Shown piece after piece: positions 1-8,870 of a stretch of 64,000 nt of DNA (position 1 is its first letter; each line of letters begins with the position of its first letter). Location: assembly GCA_963839865.1 (NCBI GenBank), contig CAWIWS010000030.1:5301-69300 (forward strand), read 5' to 3'. This DNA is from an uncultured Acidobacteriota bacterium. Its GTDB lineage: Bacteria; Acidobacteriota; Vicinamibacteria; Vicinamibacterales; UBA2999. Below the pieces are notes generated by a model, which was not told the DNA's origin, ran no database searches, and saw only the letters and a program-made list of their open reading frames with translations. Made by a program: the position numbers and the translations under genes.

Positions 1-553
1 GAGGCCCCCGGCACCAGGCCGCCCGCGGCGACGATATCGCGGATCTGGGGCTGGAGCGCCCCGGGGCTGGCCATCTGCAGCGCGGCCGAGCCGCTGAGCC
101 CTTGCGCCCAGATGCTGCCCAGGCCGAGGAAGCTCGCCGCGGCCAGGGCGCGGTAGTCCACGCCCTCGACGCGACGCGCCACTTCGCGCGCGAGCACGGC
201 GCTGAACACCAGGCTGAAGCCCCAGTTGAACCACGCGCTCAGGAGCGCGAACAGCGTGACCAGGGCCACGGCCTGGCGTGGCGTCGACGGCCACGCGGCC
301 ACCGCGCGGATCAGCCGACCCATCGGCGCCGAGGTCGCCAGCACGTGGCCCGTGATGATCACGAGGGCCATCTGCAGCGTGAAGGGAATCAGTTCCCAGA
401 AGCCGCGACCCCAGGCATCAACGACCTGCCGCGAGCGGGACCGTGGCCCAGCCGGCCAGCGACCACCAGCACGGTGGCCAGCAGCGCGAAGATGAACGCG
501 TCGGGGACCCACCGCTCGCTCCACGCCGTGAGCGCGAGGGCCACGCGCGTCAC
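1..553 (-). CDS. short-chain fatty acid transporter (AtoE family), N-terminal portion that continues beyond the window start; one apparent frameshift near 425-445
   Basis: GTG at 551-553. Minus-strand translation gives VTRVALALTAWSERWVPDAFIFALLATVLVVAG. The next frame gives WGRGFWELIPFTLQMALVIITGHVLATSAPMGRLIRAVA...SAWFNWGFSLVFSAVLAREVARRVEGVDYRALAAASFLG. I recognise this as an AtoE-type N-terminus. Confidence 0.7.
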
Positions 554-573
554 CGGGCCGGGCCGCGCGTCGG

Positions 574-1444
574 TCACAGCGGGAACGTCATTCCTTCCTT
601 CACCACGTCCGGGGCGTCGATCTCGGCGTTGCTGTTGTTGATGTGGATGAACCACAGCCTGGCGCGAACGCCGCGGAGCACCTCGCGGGTGCGGCTCATC
701 AACGGGTGCGGGATCTCCTCGATCGGGCGGTTGATTTCGCCGGCCGATGCGAACGTGCCGTCGAGAAACGCGTAATCCACCGTGTCCGCGACGGCGCGGA
801 TGCTGCGGTCCCATTTCTCCCAGCGATCGATGTCGGGAATGAACAGCGCGGAGCGCCGCGCGCTCTCGATTCGATAGCCCACCGTGTCGGAGTATCGTCC
901 CGGTGCGGCACGCGGAACGCCGTGACCTTCAGGCCGCCATCGAGCGACACCGGCTGGTCGTACGCGAGCGTCGTGATGGCGATGTTCGAAATGGAGACCA
1001 GCTGGCTCCAGGGACCGTTGCCGCGGAGGAACGCGCCGAGCCGCTCGGTGGCGTAGACGGGCACCTGCTGCGCGTTGACGGACTCGCGGCCCAGGAACAT
1101 CAGGCCCGGTGTAGTGGCCGATATGCGCGTGCGTCAGGAAGATCGCCCGCGGGCATCCGGCCGCCGGTGAGCGCCTGGAGCTGCGCCGGGAAATCCGGGG
1201 TCGCGTCGAAGACGTACGCCGCGCCGGTCCGCCGGTTGATCACGCCGAGGCTCGAGACCTTCTCGGCCTTCCGCTTGCCGGCGCGGATCTCCTCGCAGAT
1301 CGGGCGGCTGCATCCCAGCTGGGGGATGCCGCCGTCCTGCGCGATGCCGAGGACGACGATCTGCCAGTCGTCGGCGGGCGCCTGCGCGGCGACGAGAATG
1401 GTCAGCAGCCCAAGGGTGACAATCGCGCTAGCGCACCTTCGCAC
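574..1444 (-). CDS. secreted MBL-fold metallo-hydrolase, PqqB-like; at least 3 apparent frameshifts
   Basis: Pieces lie in three frames. They read (V)RRCASAIVTLGLLTILVAAQAPADDWQIVVLGIAQDGGIPQLGC; AIFLTHAHIGHYTG; MFLGRESVNAQQVPVYATERLGAFLRGNGPW...FRVPHRDD; and ...RARLWFIHINNSNAEIDAPDVVKEGMTFPL. The signal peptide, the THAHxxH motif and the HINNSN tail are typical of PqqB-like MBL proteins. Confidence 0.7.
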
Positions 1445-1487
1445 CTTCGCACCCTCGCACCCTCGCACCTTCGCCCCTCGCACCATC
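1433..1487. repeat. tandem octamer repeat, about 7 copies of GCACCYTC (GARGGTGC on the minus strand)
   Basis: Read directly: gcaccttc gcaccttc gcaccctc gcaccctc gcaccttc gcccctc gcaccatc. It lies at the junction of the OMP and MBL genes. Confidence 0.9.
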
Positions 1488-1507
1488 GCTAAGGTAGGAG
1501 CCGTGGC

Positions 1508-2056
1508 CCACATGAACGTGAAGCCGAACGACGCGCGCCAGAAGCCGTAGTTGTCGGGACGGTTCTGATGGTCGCCGGGCGCCCACACGTACCGCGCATC
1601 GGCACGAAAGCCCACACTGTCGTTCAACAGGAAGAAGGTGCCCCCGCCGGCGTTCAACCCGAAATCGTTGGCCGTGATCACCTGGGGGCAGGTCGAGAGG
1701 CACCCGTGCAGGCTCAGCAGTCCCAGCCCGCCGGTGACGTACGGCCGGAGCCGGCCGTTCGGGCGCGTGAAGTTCGCGTTGACCATGATCGAGGTGAAGT
1801 CGGCCTCGCGATTCTGCGCGTTGTTGTCGTTGGCGTACGCGGCGTCGAGTTCGGCGCCCCAGCCCGTGTCGTCGTTCACCGCGACCGACGCACCCAGGGT
1901 GGGGACGGGCGAGTCCACGCTGCCTCCCGCGCTGACGCCCACAAACGGCGTGAAATACCCACGGAACGTCGTCCCCTGCCTCTGCGCCCGCGCATCGGTC
2001 GCGCCCGCGGCCATCAGGCCCGCCAGGGCCACGGTCACCATCACGATCCGTTTCAT
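1508..2056 (-). CDS. small outer-membrane beta-barrel protein (OmpW/OMP_b-brl-like); 3' end uncertain because there is no in-frame stop before the next gene
   Basis: ATG at 2054-2056. Signal peptide MKRIVMVTVALAGLMAAGATDARA. Alternating beta-strand pattern ending ...YGFWRASFGFTFMW, an aromatic C-terminus typical of OMPs. The frame then runs through the octamer repeat into the MBL gene. Confidence 0.65.
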
Positions 2057-2734
2057 TGCGTCTCCTGCTCCATCTGGCACGCGTCGGCGGCCGGCCATGG
2101 ACCGGTGAACAGTCGCTGGCCCTCGGTCAGCAACCACTGCCGGGCCTCTCGATATCGTGGGCACACGGCGGCCACGTGCCGCCAGAACCGCCGCGAGTGG
2201 TTCATTTCCCGCCGATGCATCAACTCGTGCAGCATCACGTACTCCCGGACGAAGCCGGGCGTGAGCAGCAGCCGCCAGTTGAGCGTGATCGCGCCGCGGG
2301 CGGAACAGGCGCCCCACCGCGACCGCTGGTTGCGCACCGACACGCGGGTCACCGTGATGTCGTGCTGCGCGGCCAGCGCCAGCAACAGCGGCGGCAATTC
2401 CTGCGCCGCCCGGGCGCGCCATTGCGGTTCGTCGGGATGCGCGCCGCGGGGTGCGGCCTGCCGGAGGTCGCGTTGCTGCGGGATCCAGGCCGCGCTCTGC
2501 TGCCACGAACGCCGCCGCCTCGCGTTTCGATCCCCACCGTGGCAACGTGACCCGAAGCGTCCCGTCGTCGAGCACGCGCAGGATGTAGCGGCGGGCCCAC
2601 CGGTGCCGGACGTAGGTGATGTCCGTCTTGGTCGTGTCGCTGCCGGCGGCGCCCGCCCTGGCGGCATCCACCTTGGTGGCGTCCGCCTTCAGGCGGACCA
2701 CGGAGTCACCCGACCACGGCAAATCCAGCTGCAT
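2053..2734 (-). CDS. YgjP-like metal-dependent hydrolase (DUF45 / M48-type HExxH); apparent frameshift(s) in the middle
   Basis: The N-terminal piece reads MQLDLPWSG...DITYVRHRWARRYILRVLDDGTLRVTLPRWGSKREAAAFV. The C-terminal piece reads ITVTRVSVRNQRSRWGACSARGAITLNWRLLLTPGFVREYVMLHELMHRREMNHSRRFWRHV. The stop TGA overlaps the OMP ATG (ATGA at 2053-2056). Confidence 0.75.
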
Positions 2735-2754
2735 CGTCGGCTCTACGATAGCAG

Positions 2755-2760
2755 TAAAGT
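2755..2760 (+). promoter_or_regulatory. -10-like box TAAAGT, 7 nt upstream of the guaB ATG (candidate leaderless promoter)
   Basis: Sequence reads gcagTAAAGTagccaccATG. No Shine-Dalgarno motif lies between the box and the start codon. Confidence 0.4.
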
Positions 2761-2767
2761 AGCCACC

Positions 2768-4271
2768 ATGGCCTCCAGCTTCGACGCCCTGGCCGACGCC
2801 GTCCGCGGGGCGACCTTCGACGACTTCCTCTTGCGACCGCAGTTCAGCGTGATCGAGCGGCGCGATCCGTCGGCCATCGACCTGTCGTGCCGTTTCTCCA
2901 CCCACATCACTCTCAAGCGGCCGCTGGTGTCGGCCAACATGGACACCGTCACGCGGGCGCCGATGGCGATCGTGCAGGCCGAGGAGGGCGGCCTCGGCAT
3001 CATCGACCGCGGGTTCCGCAACGGCGACATCGAGCCGCAGGTCCGGGAGGTGGAGAAGGTCAAGCGGATGCAGCACATCATCATCCGCGACCCGTACGCG
3101 GTGGCGCCGGAGGCCGGCCTGGCCGAGGCGGTCGGCGAAGATGCGGCGCACCCGCGCGGGCACGCTCGTCGTGCTCGACGGCGCGCGGCGCCTGCGCGGG
3201 CTGCTCACCGAGCGCGACATCCGGTTCGTGGACACGAGCCGCGCGACCGTGGCCGAGCGGATGACGCCGGTCGAGTCGCTCGTCGTCGGCCAGGGCGAGC
3301 TGTCGCTCGCGCAGGCCGAGCAGATGATGGTGCACCGCAAGGTCAAGAAGCTGCCGCTGGTGCGGGCGGACGGCACGCTGATCGGGCTGATCACGGCCAA
3401 GGACATCCATCGGCAGGTGCGCCTGCCGTTTGCGACGCGCGACGGGCAGGGCCGCCTGCGCGTGGGCGCCGCAATCGGCGCCAAGGGGGACTACCTCGAA
3501 CGCGCGGCGGAACTGGTCAAGGCCGGCGTCGACGTGATCGTGATCGACATCGCGCACGGGCATTCGATGGTGATGGCGCAGGCCATCGACGCCTTCCGGT
3601 CACGGTTCGACGGCGTGGAACTCGTCGCCGGCAACGTCGCCACAGCCGACGGCGTGCGGTTCCTGGCCGAGCGCGGCGTGAACGCGATCAAGGTGGGCAT
3701 CGGCCCCGGCGGCGGGTGCACGACGCGGCTGACGACCAGCTTCGGCGTGCCGCAGCTGCAGGCGCTCGTCGAGTGCCGCCAGGCGGCCGCCGAAGCGGAC
3801 GTGCCGCTCATCGCCGACGGCGGCGTCAAGCGCCACGGCGCCATCATGGAGGCGCTGCTCTTCGGCGGCGACACGGTGATGCTCGGCAGCATGTTCGCGG
3901 GCACCGAGGAAACACCGGGCGACGTCGTCCAGAAGTCGGTGGTGCTGCCGGATCAACAGCGGTCCGTGAAGGTGCCCTTCAAGGTGCTCCGCGGCATGGC
4001 GTCGATCCAGGCGATTCGCGATCGCCTCGACGTCGAGGACGACGAGAACGTGGACATCGAGGCGCTCGGCGCCGAGGGCACCGAGGTGAGCGTCCCGGCG
4101 CGCGGCTCCGTGCGCCCGATCGTCCACGACATCCTGAAGCACCTGTGCTCGTCGATCAGCTACGGCGGGGCGAGCAGCCTCGCCGAATTGCGCGCGATGT
4201 TCTGGGCGGACCCGTTCCGCTACCTGATCAAGCTCTCCGCCTCGTCCAGGCGCGAGAGCTACGAGCGATAG
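2768..4271 (+). CDS. guaB: IMP dehydrogenase; one apparent +1 frameshift near 3135-3141
   Basis: The first frame reads MASSFDALADAVRGATFDDFLLRPQFSVIERRDPSAIDLSCRFSTHITLKRPLVSANMDTVT...GGLGIIDRGF. The second frame carries the CBS region and catalytic core: GNVATADGVRFLAERGVNAIKVGIGPGGGCTTRLTTSFGVPQLQAL...ADGGVKRHGAIMEALLFGGDTVMLGSMFAGTEE. Confidence 0.9.
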
Positions 4272-4360
4272 CGGCTGCGGGAGGTCGTCACAGATTTCGC
4301 CGATTACACCGATTCGAACCGCTCCTTCATGCTGTTCGCTGGCGGCGCGTCGCGCCGCTG

Positions 4361-4437
4361 GTCGGACACGGCCACCGTGGGAATGAGCCGCCTCCAGACG
4401 ATCAGCGCGGTTCATTCCCACGGTGGCCGTGTCCGAC
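4361..4437. repeat. perfect 26-bp inverted repeat (arms 4361-4386 and 4412-4437) with a 25-nt spacer, between convergent genes
   Basis: Left arm gtcggacacggccaccgtgggaatga. Right arm tcattcccacggtggccgtgtccgac, which is its exact reverse complement. Confidence 0.9.
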
Positions 4438-4440
4438 CCA

Positions 4441-4460
4441 CGCCGGCCGAATGGCCGGCG
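4441..4460. terminator. GC-rich hairpin CGCCGGCC-GAAT-GGCCGGCG next to the 26-bp inverted repeat
   Basis: An 8-bp perfect stem with a tetraloop, read directly. It lies in the convergent intergenic region between guaB and the PagL-like gene. There is no clear U-tract. Confidence 0.45.
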
Positions 4461-4523
4461 CCGCGATCAATCGGTGGAATCGGTGAAGTCGGGACGTCGG
4501 AAGCCGGCTGGCCGAGGCGGCGT

Positions 4524-5076
4524 TCAACGCGGGCGCGGGTAAGACCAGCCGGCCAGGACCACGTGCGAGTTGACGCCGGGGTTCGACGAGAACTGGTTGC
4601 CGTTCGAGATGTGCTGAAAGCGGTACTGGACCACGATGCTCTGGCGCGGCGAGGCCCGCAGGCGCACGCCGCCGCCCCAGTGCGCGGTGAAGTTGACCCG
4701 GCTCGTATCGTCCGGAATCGGGGCGCTCGTCCAGAGTCCGCCGGCGGACAGCTCCGCAAACGCCGACCAGCGCGGGCGCGGCACGAAGTTCCAGCGCCAG
4801 AGGACGGGCGCAAGGCCCACGCCGTGGAGGCGGCTCGGCGCGGTCTGCGCAAACAGGGGCATCGCCTCAATCGCCCACACGAAGCGGCCGCGCAGGAGTG
4901 CCCGGGCCACCGGGCCGCGTGAGCTCGCGGCCCCACGACACCGTTTGCACGAGGTAGTGGCGGTCGGCTGTCGACTGCAACAGGTTGACGCTCGACGCCG
5001 CGCCCGCGGACACCACGAGCTCCGAGGCCGGTGCCATCACCAGTTGCGCCATCAGCAGCGCGACCGCCAGCGGCAT
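4524..5076 (-). CDS. acyloxyacyl hydrolase / lipid A deacylase (PagL-like) outer-membrane protein; one apparent frameshift near 4900
   Basis: N-terminal piece: MPLAVALLMAQLVMAPASELVVSAGAASSVNLLQSTADRHYLVQTVSWGRELT. C-terminal piece: ...NFTAHWGGGVRLRASPRQSIVVQYRFQHISNGNQFSSNPGVNSHVVLAGWSY, with the PagL-type YRFxHxSN motif. Confidence 0.65.
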
Positions 5077-5223
5077 CGCTACCCGGCCACTCGCTCGGCG
5101 AACGTGATCCCGTGCCCGTCGGCGTTGCTGCGGGCGATGTCCTCAACGAGCAAGTTCGGGATGACGGACATGAATGATGACATGGGCGCTCAGTGTACCC
5201 GCACTCCCACGCCCGCGCACACC

Positions 5224-5239
5224 GCACCCTCGCACCCTT
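5224..5239. repeat. two further copies of the octamer GCACCCTC/GCACCCTT, with degenerate copies upstream from about 5195
   Basis: Sequence reads gcaccctcgcaccctt and abuts or overlaps the stop codon (5238-5240) of the permease gene. It is the same unit as at 1433-1487. Confidence 0.6.
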
Positions 5240-7690
5240 AATCCATCCGGAGCGCTTCCAGCGGATCCACGCGGGTGGCCCGCAATGCCGGCAACAGGCC
5301 CGCGAGGAACGCCACGAGGCCGAGCAGGACCGGCATGGCGACGAAGGTCGCCGGGTCGGTGGTGCTCACGCCGTAGACCAGCCGCTCGAGCGCGCGCGTC
5401 AAGGCCCAGCGCCGAGACGAGGCCCACCGCCAGGCCCGCGGCCACGGGCTTGAGCGCAGTCGAACAACACCATCCCGACAATCTCCCGGCCGGTCGCGCC
5501 GAGCGCGACGCGGATGCCGATCTCCGGCGTCCGCTGGGCCACCGCGTAGGCCACCGTCCCGTAGATGCCCGCGATCGCCAGCATGAGCGCGATGCCGCCG
5601 AACACCATCAACAACGTCATGTTGAACCGGCGCTGCGTCAGCGACGCGCCGATGACCGCGTCGAGCGTCCGCGGCTGGGAAATCGGCAGCGACGGGTCCA
5701 GCGACTGCAAGGCCGCGCGCATGGAGGCGGCCACCGCCATCGGATCGCCGGCCGTCCGCACGAGCAAGGTCTGCGCCTGCTGCGGCGACCCCGTGTGCAC
5801 ACCGTACGTCATCGGCACAGGGTCTTCGTCGGCGCGATACTGGCGCACGTTGCCCACGACCCCGACGATCTCCGACCACTAGGGGCTTGCCCTGCGTCGT
5901 CTCGGACCGAAGGTGAACCGGCGGCCGATCGGGATCCTGATCCGGAAACTCGCGCCGCGCCATCGCCTCGTTGATCACGAGGGACGTCGGGTTCTCCACC
6001 GCATCCTGCCGGCCAAATTCCCGGCCCCTCAGGATCGGAATCCCCATCGTCGTGAAGTAGCCCGGCGACACGTCGAGGTAGTTGGTGAGGGGTTGCTGGC
6101 TGGGCGGCATCGCCGGCTTGCCTTCCACGCCGAAGGTCAGGATGCTGATGTTGCCTCCCATCGGCAGCGCGGTGGTGAGCGCAACGCGCTCCACGCCCGG
6201 CACCGCCTGCGCGCGCTCGAGGACCCGATCCCAATAGGCGATGAACTGGCCCGGGGACCGGTAGTTCTCGCCGGTCGGCGCCATCTGCATCGTGAGCATG
6301 TGCGAGGTCGTGAACCCGAGCGGCATGTCGATGAGCGTCATCAGGCTGCGGAACAACAGGCCCGCGGCCACGAGCAGGACCAGCGAGAGGGACACCTCGG
6401 CGAGGACGAGCCAGCCGCGCACCAGATGCCGCTCGCCGCTCCCCGTCGTGCCCGCGACTCGTGTCCTTCAACGCATGCTGGAGGTCCGGCACGGACGCCT
6501 GCCACGCGGGCACGACGCCGAAGAGGATGCCGGTCAGCGCCGACAAAGCGAGGGCAAACCCCAGCACCTGGCCGTTGATGCCGATGGGCGCCACGCGGGG
6601 CACCTCGCCGGGATCGAGCGCCAGGATCAGGTCCAGGCCCCAGAAGGCGAAGAGCACGCCGAGTCCGCCTCCCACGAGGGCGATCAACACGCTCTCGGTG
6701 AGCAACTGCCGGATGAGCGACGAGCGAGCCGCGCCAATGGCCGAGCGAATCGCGAGCTCGCGCGCGCGCACCGTCGCGCGAGCCATCAGGAGGTTGGCCA
6801 CGTTGGCCACGACGATCAGCAGCACGCACAGGACGGCGCCGAGCAAGCACGAGCAACGGCGTGCGCGCGGAGCCCACGAGTTGGTCCTGCAGCGACCGGG
6901 CGATGCCGATGAAATTGGCGGCCTCATCGGGATACGCCTTCGCGAGCTGATCGGAGATCGTCGTCAGCTCGGCGTTCACGCTCTGGATCGACTGCCCCGC
7001 CTTGATCCGGCCCACCACCCGCAGGTAGTGCATCCCACGGTTCCCGCGAGGGTCGGCGTTGCCGTTGCCCAACGCCGGCACGTCATAGGCCGAGGGGATC
7101 CAGAACTCGGTGTCCTGCGGGAAGTTGAGGGTCGGCGGCATCACGCCCACCACCGTGTAGGGCCGGCCGTTCAGCCGGAGCGACTGGTTGATGGCGTCGG
7201 GCGAACCGGCAAACCGGCGCTGCCAGAAGCCGTAGCTGATCACCACGTTCTGCCCTTTGCCAGGTTCGGCATCGTCGCGCGTGAAGGCCCGGCCGAGCAC
7301 CGGCGTCAACCCGAGCACGTCGAAGAACGTCGATGAGGTCACCGCACCGAGCAGGCGTTCGGGCTCGCCCGTCGACAGCGCCACATTGAAGGTGCGTCGC
7401 TGGTAGGCGCTCATCGCCTCGATCGAGGTGGACATCTTCTGCCAGTCGATGAAGGTCGCCGGCGCCACCGCGCCCCCCTTGGGATCCCGCCGCTCGACCT
7501 CGTTGAGGTCCACGATGCGGTCGGCATCACGGAACGGCAGCCGCTGGAGCAGCACGCCATTGACGATGCTGAACATGGCGGTGTTGGCGCCAATGCCGAC
7601 GGCGAGCGTGAAGACCACCACGAAGGTGAAGACGGGCGCCTTGAGGAGCATGCGCGCCGCGTGACGGACATCCTGGAGAAGTCGATCCAT
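5238..7690 (-). CDS. ADOP-family duplicated ABC permease (two MacB_PCD + FtsX modules); at least 5 apparent frameshifts
   Basis: Starts MDRLLQDVRHAARMLLKAPVFTFVVVFTLAVGIGANTAMFSIVNGVLL. First FtsX module: ...ANLLMARATVRARELAIRSAIGAARSSLIRQLLTESVLIALVGG. Second PCD: ...FTTSHMLTMQMAP...YFTTMGIPILRGREF. Second FtsX module: ...IYGTVAYAVAQRTPEIGIRVALGATGREIVGMV. Ends LPALRATRVDPLEALRMD. Confidence 0.85.
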
Positions 7691-7815
7691 ACGGTGAGGG
7701 CATTGCAGCTTGCTTGCCAATCGCGGTCCGGCGAACCATCTCGCGTGAAATCAGCGGCTTACGCCCGCCGGGCCGGATGAGTTCAGCCATTCGAACTGTC
7801 CGTTTACGGAACTGG

Positions 7816-7821
7816 TATGCT
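7816..7821 (+). promoter_or_regulatory. -10-like box TATGCT (with an upstream TG), 6 nt before the ATG at 7828
   Basis: Sequence reads ctgGTATGCTccggggATG. No SD motif is present. Confidence 0.35.
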
Positions 7822-7827
7822 CCGGGG

Positions 7828-8067
7828 ATGGCGCGTGGGTGGGAAAGCAAGGCCGTCGAGTCACAACAGGACGAGGCCGCCCAGAAAGCGGTCAGGGTGC
7901 CCGAATTGTCCCAAGAGCAGCGCGACCTGGCCGCGCGACGGGCCAGTCTCGAGCTGGCGCTCGCCCAGACGCAGGCGGAAATCGTGGCCGCCTGTCGGGC
8001 GGCCCACCGGGAGATGCTCCACCTCAAGCTCGAGGCCATTCGAACGCAGTTGGCGTCCCTGCCATGA
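7828..8067 (+). CDS. small hypothetical protein, predicted helical/coiled coil (79 aa)
   Basis: MARGWESKAVESQQDEAAQKAVRVPELSQEQRDLAARRASLELALAQTQAEIVAACRAAHREMLHLKLEAIRTQLASLP. GC3-rich codon usage. I recognise no family. Confidence 0.5.
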   Translation: MARGWESKAVESQQDEAAQKAVRVPELSQEQRDLAARRASLELALAQTQAEIVAACRAAHREMLHLKLEAIRTQLASLP

Positions 8068-8183
8068 GCGGCGCCACGAGAACCCCTTGTGACTGGGCCC
8101 GAGTTTTGTTAAGCTAACCGCCCATCTTAAATTCCACCTTGGAATCGACCGAGAACGCTCAGCCACACCCAGACGCCATCCGC

Positions 8184-8189
8184 TAGAGT
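8184..8189 (+). promoter_or_regulatory. -10-like box TAGAGT, 6 nt before the GTG start of the RRM gene
   Basis: Sequence reads ccgcTAGAGTtcaaacGTG. No SD motif is present. Confidence 0.4.
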
Positions 8190-8195
8190 TCAAAC

Positions 8196-8867
8196 GTGCC
8201 ACCAGTCCGATTGTTCGTGGGCAACTTGCCCTACCAGGCGACCGAAGACGATTTGCGTACCCATTTCGCGCAGGTCGGACAACCCACGCAAATCGTCCGT
8301 CCGCTCGACCGGGAGACCGGCCGTGCGCGGGGATTTGCGTTTGTCGAGTACGCGGAACGCGCTCCCGCAGAGGAAGCGATCCGCAAGTTCGACGGCCAAT
8401 TGTTCATGGGCCGTCCCCTTGCGGTCAGCGAGGCGCGGGCCCGGGAAGCCGGTGGGCCGCCACGGCCTGGCGGCTTCAGCGGGCCGCGGCCTGGCGGGTT
8501 CGGCGGAGGTGGCGGCTTCAGTGGAGGCGGTGGCTTCAGCGGACCACGGCCTGGAGGGGGCTTTGGCGGACCTCCACGCGGTCCCGGCGAAGGCCCCCCC
8601 GCGGGCGGCCCTCGCGGGCGCGACTTTGGCCCGCCCGCGCCCCCGAAGAACAAGAAGGGCGCCGGCTTCAAGAAGGAAGAGAAGCCGCGCGGTCCCATTC
8701 CGACCAAGTTCACCGGCCGGATGTACGACCTGGACGACTCGGAAGAAGACGCCATCGACGTCACGCCGGACTTCATGAAGCCTGAGGTGCCGGAGGTGGA
8801 CGCGCCGGACGTGGACACCGCGGCCGCTGAGACGCCTGATGACGGCGGCGACGATCAGGGGACGTAG
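8196..8867 (+). CDS. RNA-binding protein with an N-terminal RRM domain, a Gly/Arg/Pro-rich middle and an acidic C-terminal tail (223 aa)
   Basis: The sequence VRLFVGNLPYQATEDDLRTHFAQVGQPTQIVRPLDRETGRARGFAFVEYAERAPAEEAIRKFDGQLFMGRPLAVSEA contains the RNP2 (LFVGNL) and RNP1 (RGFAFVEY) motifs. It is followed by GGFSGPRPGGFGGGGGFSGGGGFSGPRPGGGFGG and then DLDDSEEDAIDVTPDF...DDGGDDQGT. The ORF is intact. Confidence 0.85.
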   Translation: MPPVRLFVGNLPYQATEDDLRTHFAQVGQPTQIVRPLDRETGRARGFAFVEYAERAPAEEAIRKFDGQLFMGRPLAVSEARAREAGGPPRPGGFSGPRPGGFGGGGGFSGGGGFSGPRPGGGFGGPPRGPGEGPPAGGPRGRDFGPPAPPKNKKGAGFKKEEKPRGPIPTKFTGRMYDLDDSEEDAIDVTPDFMKPEVPEVDAPDVDTAAAETPDDGGDDQGT

Positions 8868-8870
8868 GCC

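Noticed and set aside
1433-1487. Possible CRISPR array or minisatellite
   Set aside because: The units are 8 nt, directly adjacent and lack spacers, and there are no cas genes in the window. I report it as a tandem octamer repeat, not a CRISPR array.
1100-3484. 794-aa minus-strand ORF
   Set aside because: It is not one protein. It concatenates the antisense of guaB, the N-terminal part of the DUF45 hydrolase, the OMP and the N-terminus of the MBL hydrolase, because stops are rare in this frame. I split it into the component genes.
1568-4486. 972-aa plus-strand ORF, the longest on this side of the window
   Set aside because: It is a chimera. Only the stretch from 2768 (MASSFDAL...) is real guaB sequence. 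The first 1.2 kb is antisense to the OMP and DUF45 genes, and the last part is out-of-frame guaB. Both are Arg/Gly/Ala/His-rich, as expected for open shadow frames in about 70% GC DNA.
4329-4922. The peptide HSHGGRVRP occurs in ORFs on both strands (4329-4922 + and 3600-4421 -), which looked like a duplicated coding motif
   Set aside because: It is a by-product of translating the two arms of the perfect 26-bp inverted repeat. Neither ORF has coding-like composition outside it.
8440-8640. GGC/GGT-rich DNA repeats inside the RRM gene, considered as a tandem repeat or expansion locus
   Set aside because: The stretch is in frame, intact and encodes the Gly/Arg/Pro low-complexity region. I treat it as coding low-complexity sequence, not a separate repeat feature.
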